Shown: in pieces, positions 10,398 to 18,091 of the stretch
Position numbering within the stretch: the first letter of the stretch is position 1
Layout of the letters: each line of letters begins with the position of its first letter
Notes under the pieces: generated by a model
The model's input: the letters and a program-made list of their open reading frames with translations, nothing else
Told to the model about the DNA's origin: nothing
Database searches by the model: none
From: Ginkgo biloba
Lineage: Eukaryota > Plantae > Ginkgophyta
Length of the DNA: 18,091 nt
Assembly (NCBI GenBank): GCA_024626585.2
Contig: JANKJI020000002.1
Location: 140,631,243 to 140,649,333 of the forward strand
Reading direction: 5' to 3'
Translations under genes and position numbers: made by a program

Positions 10398-11693
10398 ACA
10401 ATTGTGTTATATAACTAGTGTGGTTACTTTTCTAGTTTGGGTTTGCAAAAACGGATAGTATCTCAAAATATTGTAGGATTAGTACTCGATATTAAGGCAT
10501 TTGCTAGTGCCTTGTGTGGATGATTAAAGTGGAGTGTGTATCTTTGTAATATTAGATTTGTTTTCTTAAAGAACTAAGGTCTCGTCTTTAAAATTTTTAG
10601 GCATTCAATTTTATTTGAGCACACGGAGAAGAAAACCCCTCTTTTGAATAAGGTTAGTTTAATTTGATTTTGTGTCGTCGCTTTGACATTCTAGAGAAGG
10701 GCATCTCACAAATTATTGAATGTAGTATTTTGCACCAAAGCATTATGAATACATANNNNNNNNNNNNNNCCATTGATAGCGATTACATATGAAACTCTAA
10801 TATTGGTGGTGTTGTGCACTTGTGCCTGCAAGAACCAATGTCTTTGTGATCTCATAATAATTATTCAAGCGCTTGTGAATCTTTCTGTTGTAATTGTTGA
10901 TAGATGAATGTGCAATAATCAAGCTTATTGTCCATTGGATTTAATTTGTTTTTGTTATAGAGGTTTTGATTAGTTTGAGATCNNNNNNNNNNNNNNNNNN
11001 NNNNNNNNNNNNNNNNNNNNNNNNNNNNNNNNNNNNNNNNNNNNNNNNNNNNNNNNNNNNNNNNNNNNNNNNNNNNNNNNNNNNNNNNNNNNNNNNNNNN
11101 NNNNNNNNNNNNNNNNNNNNNNNNNNNNNNNNNNNNNNNNNNNNNNNNNNNNNNNNNNNNNNNNNNNNNNNNNNNNNNNNNNNNNNNNNNNNNNNNNNNN
11201 NNNNNNNNNNCCCAGTCGTTTGCTTATGCAAGCTTTGTTTTAAGGTTTTGATAAACATTTTTCCATGATTTTCTAACCACTCTGTCAACTTGTTAATTAA
11301 CATAGTATATTCTTTAATCATGCCCACATATACGAGTTGCCATTATAATGTGTGATAGTAATGTGTTGTAGTGACCTACATTACATATGGCCTGGGCCTA
11401 ACTCTGAAACCCTAAGTTTATGCTTTCTATTATGCCATTCAAGTTTTTGTAAATCCTTAAGTGAAAATTGTTAATTGAGTAGCACTAGGAATGAGTTGTT
11501 AGTGAAAATTGCTTGTTAGTTACCTTAAGGTTTCATTATTGAAATCACCACTATAATGAAATGATTACTANNNNNNNNNNCCCTTTACTTATTAAATGTT
11601 GGATTATAAAATTTGTATGGTGAATGAGTCTTTAATATATAATGCCATTCAAAACTAATATTTTGAAGATCTTGTAAGAAACAAAATCATGTT

Positions 11694-11858
11694 TTTCTTC
11701 TTGTCCTTTTGCAAGGATAGTGGATTGGATCGATTCAAATATAAACAATTATTTTCTGACATTTAATGACATTTCTTCTTGTTCTTTCATAAGGATAGTG
11801 GATTGGATCGATTAAAAAATAAGCAATTTATTTTACGACATTAGAATGACATTTCTTT
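11694..11858. repeat. Tandem duplication, about 78-bp unit, 2 copies
   Basis: AAGGATAGTGGATTGGATCGATT at 11713 and 11791. The flanking TTTCTTCTTGT and GACATT...AATGACATTTCTT are also duplicated. Confidence 0.9.
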
Positions 11859-12373
11859 CCATTTTTCTAATGNNNNNNNNNNNNNNNNNNNNNNNNNNNN
11901 NNTTGTCATCAATAATTCATTGGCATTGGTTTGATTCACCTTATTACCACGTGGTGCAATCTTTAGTATTTATTATTACTAGATCTTCATATGCAAATCA
12001 CTAGGTGGTAGGTTGGTTCCTTGTATTTTGGTGGAGGGTTATGAAACAAGTGCATATTTAGGATTAGTTTCGATAATGAATTAATATAGCATATTCTTTT
12101 AGAATGATAAGAACTTTAGAATTTGTTTGTAAGTAGTTGTAGTGTGGTGAAAATGTGGAAGTGTTTACAAATTTTAAAATAATTTTTATGGAAGTTTTTA
12201 TAATTTTTAAAACAATTTCTATGTATTAAAAGGAAGAAGGTTGAAGTGTTTGAATTGGTGATATAGGAATAAAGGTGAAATGCATCATTCGAATCATTTA
12301 TGAAGATATAGAAAGTATGGTAGAATCATTTATGTAATTACAACTCCAAAATTCATTCATTTCATCCATGTAA

Positions 12374-12405
12374 TCTATACTAATATACTAAAAAATTGCC
12401 ATGTC
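12374..12405 (+). mobile_element. Helitron-like 5' terminus
   Basis: A|TCTATACTAATATACTAAAAAATTGCCATGTC matches the typical plant Helitron 5' end (TC after a host A) and resembles the 5' end of the 8371-8989 element. The 3' end was not found; it may lie in the N-run at 13280-13379. Confidence 0.45.
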
Positions 12406-12776
12406 TGCCCCCCTTCCCCCTTAAAAAATGAAATAAAAAAAAAAAATCGGGTCCAGATTCGCATGGACAAAGAGAATGAAAATAAAAATAAAAGAATTAA
12501 AAAAATGGTGCATGCCAAGAGCGATGTAATGAATGCAATCTCTAGATTTTTCTCGCATTACTAAATGGAAAGGGCCAAGTGTGGGATTCGACCTTATTAC
12601 TAATTTCCATATTGATGCCCATATTGTTGATTTTCAAGTGCAAACCACAAATGGATATGAAAAATGTTTTGGATTGAGTGAGTTTTGAACCCCAACCATT
12701 TTTAAAATTATTTTTTAATTACAACTTGGTTCTTAATTCTAGCCATGGTTTAAATTTTCCAATATTAATGGTCGTC

Positions 12777-12851
12777 TCAGAGGTTTACAACTATGGCGTG
12801 CTACTTCTGGAGCTAATGACGAATAATAAACCCACTAAAGATTTATTTGGA
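12777..12851 (+). pseudogene. Receptor-like protein kinase fragment (subdomain IX)
   Basis: Translates SEVYNYGVLLLELMTNNKPTKDLFG vs the RLK consensus SDVYSYGVxLLELxTGKKPTDxxF. The conserved D and G are substituted, and no other kinase subdomains are nearby. Confidence 0.8.
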
Positions 12852-13047
12852 AGGGTTAGAAAATGTTTTCTTGGTAAAGCCCAAAGTATGATCGATTAAA
12901 TTCTTCAGTCGACAGATGTAGCTTTGATTTGCACTACTGAAGCGGTGAGGACAATGTGAAATAGGATTTGATGAAATCTAGGGTTTTGTATTAGGATACA
13001 TGAAATTGTAGTCTAGCAGGAGTATCAGAAGTAAAGAGGAGGAAACA

Positions 13048-13212
13048 ATGAGTTACAGAAAGTTCAAGCATCCCAAGTATGGCTCGCTAGGATAAATGAT
13101 GTCAGTGGAGAAGAAATCTAATCTTCCTCTCTCTGTTACATGCCATGAATTGATTCAGTGAATGACATGCAAGATAATGACTTTAATGGTCTACAAGCCC
13201 AGCATGACCCAT
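13048..13212 (+). pseudogene. RPL3: 60S ribosomal protein L3 (uL3) N-terminal pseudogene fragment
   Basis: MSYRKFKHPKYGSLG* vs plant RPL3 MSHRKFEHPRHGSLG. In the same frame, codons 41-55 read CKIMTLMVYKPSMTH vs CK(F/L)TAF(M/L)GYKAGMTH. In-frame stops at codons 16 and 38. A telo-box TAGGGTTT lies upstream at 12979-12986. Confidence 0.88.
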
Positions 13213-13524
13213 AAGCCTAAATCCAGTAAGCATTTTTTATTCTCTTTTCTTTTTTTTTTTTTTTTCTAGCCAATTGTCGNNNNNNNNNNNNNNNNNNNNN
13301 NNNNNNNNNNNNNNNNNNNNNNNNNNNNNNNNNNNNNNNNNNNNNNNNNNNNNNNNNNNNNNNNNNNNNNNNNNNNNNNTTTGTGCTCTTGACTAGCCTT
13401 GGTAAACCCAAGGGAGTAACTATTCAAGTTATACCACTTTGATGATGATATAATTCTAAGTCATCCAATGTAATTTGGTTTAATTGTTCCAAGTGATCAT
13501 ATACAATTCAAATGGTATGGGATA

Positions 13525-14165
13525 ATTTAAAAGAGCCTTTTAAATATAGATTTTCATTTGTTAATCATTTATTAAAATATTGATAAAATTTAGTAAAGTA
13601 GCAATATTGGACATAATTTACTTTTCCTTAGTTCCATTACATGTCCTTATGTAATTAAAAGTATAAATAGGTTACAGTCATAAGACATACACAAGTTATA
13701 AAAAACATAAGAAACATTGTAGATATCAAACCATGAGTGCTATAACTGACAAAACCACTTTCTTAAGCTTTAATTATTACTTTCCAACATAGAGAGACCA
13801 AGTTCTTGGAATCTCCTCTTAAAAAGTTATAGCTCTTAATTATTTGGTTAAGGTATGTATAAACTAATTATGAAAGACTTGAATCTAGAATTGATTTGAT
13901 ATCAAATAACCTTGGATCAAAATACTAATCCAAAAACCTGTTACAATTTTATCACAACATATGTTTTACATACAAAATAAAGTAAGTAAAGGGGAGAAGT
14001 CTTTTCACCGATGCTTTGGGATCAATATAGTACATGTGGCATCTGCGAATTTAAGGTTCACTAATTAATTTGTTTCAATAATGCCTTGCTCTTTACCATA
14101 TATAATATACAAAAAGAAACGTGATATATTTTTGATAGGATGAACTATAACAATCAATTGACTCT
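13525..14165 (+). mobile_element. Possible heavily degraded hAT transposase C-terminal region
   Basis: FHRCFGINIVHVASA (VASA at 14036-14047), then with a frameshift FT.L...NNALLFT. This echoes the hAT dimerisation motif YRILLTIPVTVASAERSFSKLKLIKNYLRST. Weak, with many stops. Confidence 0.3.
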
Positions 14166-16150
14166 CACATGGCCAAAGACTATTATTAGAGTTGCAAGTG
14201 TAAATCTTTTGAGATCTAATGTGCATTATTTCACACAACTCGCACAAATCTCGGAAGTGACTACCAATAAGAGTGATAGTGATTGACTAATATATTCAAC
14301 TTTAATGTGGCATAAAAATGACTAGACAATCACTCAATTCTTATAAGGGGGATTTAGATGAAAATTTTCCTTTTTTCTTACAATCTAGATGTATGGACAC
14401 ACAAATTTCGATGTTATAATTATTATCATGAGGAGTCTATAGCATGCTACCTATGTTGAGCAAGTGTCTTGATGGGTTACATCCAACGTAACTTCATGCT
14501 ACCAAAGCTTCCACCCACTTGCATACCATTTTGCAGACACAGTAAAAAGGAGACAACCAAATCATACGGGCGATATGCAATAACCCACTATATAATACGA
14601 CGATAATCTATCCACTTTGTTCTAAAAAAGGTGCGAGGGTAAGATAAAAAGCCAACATACTCTAAAGTGATGATAATGCTCTTACTATACTTTTTCCAAG
14701 GATGATATCAAGCTAATTGATATCATTCTCTAGGGAAAAAAATAAGATATCAAGAAAATTGATTGCCACATGGTATAAAGGTAAGGCTACACTTTCTTCG
14801 AAAAGAAGAAAACTTTATACTTTTAAGAGTACTAATGTTATAAATATTCAAGCTTATCAATAAATAGTGTATATTCGAACTAAATCAACGATGTTACGGG
14901 CTTGGAATGCTTTTGCTTTTGTCCATTGCCAAGCTAAGATGACAACTACTTGTACATTGTTAGTCATATTATACATTGTTAGTGAACTATCCCCTACAAC
15001 ATTATTCATGCCTTTGATGGCTGTCCGTAACAAACCGGCCCACTTCTACCATGTATGCTTATATTGCGCCACGTGACAGAAAAATTCCGTCAATCAAATC
15101 GATGGAAATTGATTAATGTCTATTCACTAAATCTGATCGTTCATCCGTCTTTCTTCGCACGGATTATGTAATGTTTACAGCATCATTTTTTCCGTCGTTA
15201 AGAAACAGCTCGGCGTACTAATATTCCCACGTATACGCCTTTTATGTATGTAGCTTTCCAATGCGTATTTCATTCACGCACGACAAAAAAAAAAAAAAAA
15301 ACGGATAAAACAAGCCCATGGGTAACATTAGGATGTGGATATGTTTTGTTTTTGGTGGAATCAATTAAACATGCTATTCAAGTTGCATTTTCTTTTAACA
15401 AACAAAAAATACAATCGTGTCAGCGTGTGACCTCGGCTTTGGATTCTTGTCCACATGGGCACACCAAAGAGACTTTAGGAGTGAAGAAACAAAAGAGTAC
15501 TTTGATTCTTAATGTGTCTCTGCCCTACTATTAAAAGAGTTAAGNNNNNNNNNNNNNNNNNNNNNNNNNNNNNNNNNNNNNNNNNNNNNNNNNNNNNNNN
15601 NNNNNNNNNNNNNNNNNNNNNNNNNNNNNNNNNNNNNNNNNNNNTTAATAAGATAGAGTAAACTCATGTTATAGTGCTTTAGCTTCAAGAAATAGTGCAA
15701 AGGCACATGGAAAAAATACACGATCATAATTTCAAAGGTTTACACTTTCAAGAAGGATATTTGGTTATCCTATTTGATAGTAAATTCAAGAATATGAAAT
15801 AAAATCTCAAGAAGCAGTGGCTTAGCCCCTATGTCTTGTCTGAACTACATGAGAATGGTTTTGCCAATTTAGCAAAGTTATTTGGAGAGGTTATTCTTAA
15901 TCTAATTAACGACTCCCTCTTAAAACTATTCATAACATGATCTTTAATCCAAGTTATATAATTATAACATATTGTAAATAATCATAAGGAATGGCCCTAT
16001 CAACAAGGATGGTCTAATTCCTTAATTTTATCTTTTAACCATGCATTAGTGCCACACTATGATATTTCAAAAGGTAGAAAATATTTTTGACTAAGTGTCA
16101 AGTCACAACTTCTAAATGTTTCACTAAATATCCTAAAAATATAAATCTAA

Positions 16151-16525
16151 ACACCATTCTATGATAGTGAAACCTTGTGACCAATCGCATGCAATATATC
16201 ACTTACAAAATCAAAGGGTGCAAGTCGCACTTTAAGTTAAGAAATGGATACCATCATGCAATGGTGTAATTTTTTGATCATTCACATGTAATATATCATT
16301 AGTACAATCAAAGGGAATAAAAAACACCCCCAAATAATAGAAACCATCCTATAATGGCACAACCTTATGATGGATCGCACATAATCTATCACTTACACAA
16401 TCTAAGATGCAAGCTACACCAAGTAACTTACAAACTAGAATATGGATACCATCATGTTATGGTGTAATCTTATGACTGATCATATGTAATATATCACTTT
16501 CATAAACAAAGCACACAGGTTGCAT
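16151..16525. repeat. Degenerate tandem array, 4 units of about 93-105 bp in A-B-A-B order
   Basis: Units start near 16151, 16248, 16341 and 16446, sharing ACCAT...T(G/A)TGA..ATC.CA...AAT.TATCA. GGATACCATCATG..ATGGTGTAAT occurs only in units 2 and 4 (16246, 16444). Confidence 0.8.
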
Positions 16526-17795
16526 TCCTCACATAAATGGAGAAACATTATGATCCACAACTAAGTGCAACATCTAATTGTATAAAAACATATCTTAATA
16601 TAAATGGCATGATGAAGGAATCTCACCTATTGTTTAGCTACAAACCTAGGCAAAAACATAAGGGTTAGATAGTAGAATCAATTCATCCAATAATTGTCAC
16701 GTAATAGGGGAAGTTTTCCCTTCACAGAAGGATTAATATTCTAAAAGTAATTTTAGGTCTCAAGAATCTTATACATATCATGCATTTATGATAGGATGTG
16801 ACAAGGTGTTAACAATGATGGCAGAGGATGTGCTGATGAGTCATCAAAGAAAGAACCCATAATAGAAGTGACCCTCATTAAATCCAAATTACATGATGTG
16901 GTATCCATCCTTAATGCATCATGTATGAACCATGCCTTCAAGATAATTTCTAAAGATCACTTATCATTTGTTGATATGAAACTAGATGAGAAGGAATGAG
17001 TAGAATATTGTGCTTCTTTAACAAACCCATATTAAAAAATAAAATTCACAAAGTCTATATAAATATATCAAGAGATGTTAGTTGTACATAAGTTATCTAC
17101 AATAAATATCTCTTCATATATTTTGTAAGAATCTAAGTATTTATCCTTTAAGTGATCAAAGAAACCACAATCCTTACCATGGAGATTTATCCCATACTCA
17201 ATGTTGATGATATAATTCCTCAAGGATTTGGTAAATGTTCTTGGGAATCTTGTAACATAGATTGTGGGCACTAGCTCACACCCACTCAAGTTTCAATCCA
17301 GCGAGTCACATAGAGGAATTAAGCATATAGAATATTCTTGATCCCTAGGATAGTGCACCACACCAACCTGGTGAAGGAAATCATCCATGTTATGAATCCT
17401 AATGAGTTTTATATGGAAAAAAGGCCCATCATATTTGATACTAACTTAGTAGAAAGACTATTCAGTATCCCCAATGTGGGTGAATTGATCAATTTAGAAT
17501 AAGAGAAAATATGGTTTAAGAGGCACAAGAAGGATATGGCCCTCGATATTCCAAAGGAGGACCTAATCGATGTCAATCCCAACACACTTATTAAGGTTGA
17601 CTTGTCCATGATCATTGAAGGTACATATAAAGCACTTTCCATAAGCATCCTTAGGCTCACATGATCCTCTAATATTAATCGTATCTCAGTTAAATAGATG
17701 AGGATCATTATAAAATCATCCAGTATAGAAGAATGCTACGTCTTCCCATAGCGCTTCTATTCATCCATCATTTAGAGCTTCCTATAACACCTCTA

Positions 17796-17900
17796 TTTGA
17801 CCTTCCTTCAGGTAGTATCAACTAGATGGAGGGCACTATTGGTAGTCGTTTGACCTTTAAGCGGTAGCAACTAGACGGAGGGTGCCATTGGTAGCTATTT
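17796..17900. repeat. Degenerate tandem duplication, about 50-bp unit
   Basis: TTTGACCTT...GGTAG...CAACTAGA(T/C)GGAGGG...ATTGGTAG occurs twice (CAACTAGA at 17819 and 17868). Confidence 0.75.
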
Positions 17901-18091
17901 AGTTATGAATTTAGAATATGATAAACTTAATGGTGGAGGGATACTATCCCATCCATTCAAGAAGGCTCTCATGAGCTCTCCAATTTGGAAGGATGTAGAG
18001 GAACTCATCACTATGGAGAGGAGGTCGAATTTGTTAGGTGAGCCCCTTCTAAAGGTTACATTAGAGAAAAATCAAGTTTTTAAGGAAGAAA

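Noticed and set aside
15223-15233. ATTCCCACGTA as a second snRNA USE
   Set aside because: Poor consensus match, with no correctly spaced TATA or snRNA sequence downstream.
898-17708. ORF-track entries as protein-coding genes
   Set aside because: They are short, often span N-runs or use non-ATG starts, and lack recognisable domains. Only small pseudogenic motifs (kinase in 12678-12899, LINE-like in 1819-2175) are meaningful. ORFs 7175-7495 and 7254-7481 overlap U4 by chance.
16700-18091. Possible decayed retroelement coding sequence
   Set aside because: The composition is suggestive, but I could not identify any gag, RT, RNase H or integrase motif.

Overview
AT-rich plant nuclear DNA with many N-runs (masked or unassembled). 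It contains no intact protein-coding gene, and none of the supplied ORFs looks like a complete gene. The one clearly functional gene is a spliceosomal U4 snRNA (about 7192-7343, +) with a plant Pol II-type snRNA promoter (USE plus TATA, 32 nt apart). Downstream of U4 lies a non-coding, GC-enriched segment (about 7655/7799-8235) that folds by eye into a close-packed series of helices and is surrounded by splice-site consensus motifs. This is the best candidate for an undescribed element, possibly a structured RNA made by U4 read-through or co-transcription. The rest is transposon debris: a Copia 3' LTR, an LTR with tRNA-Met PBS, a LINE RT remnant, a hAT remnant and two Helitron-like elements. 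One Helitron-like end is followed by fragments of a receptor-kinase gene and of ribosomal protein L3. Several short tandem duplications are also present. All folding and homology calls were made by eye, without tools.
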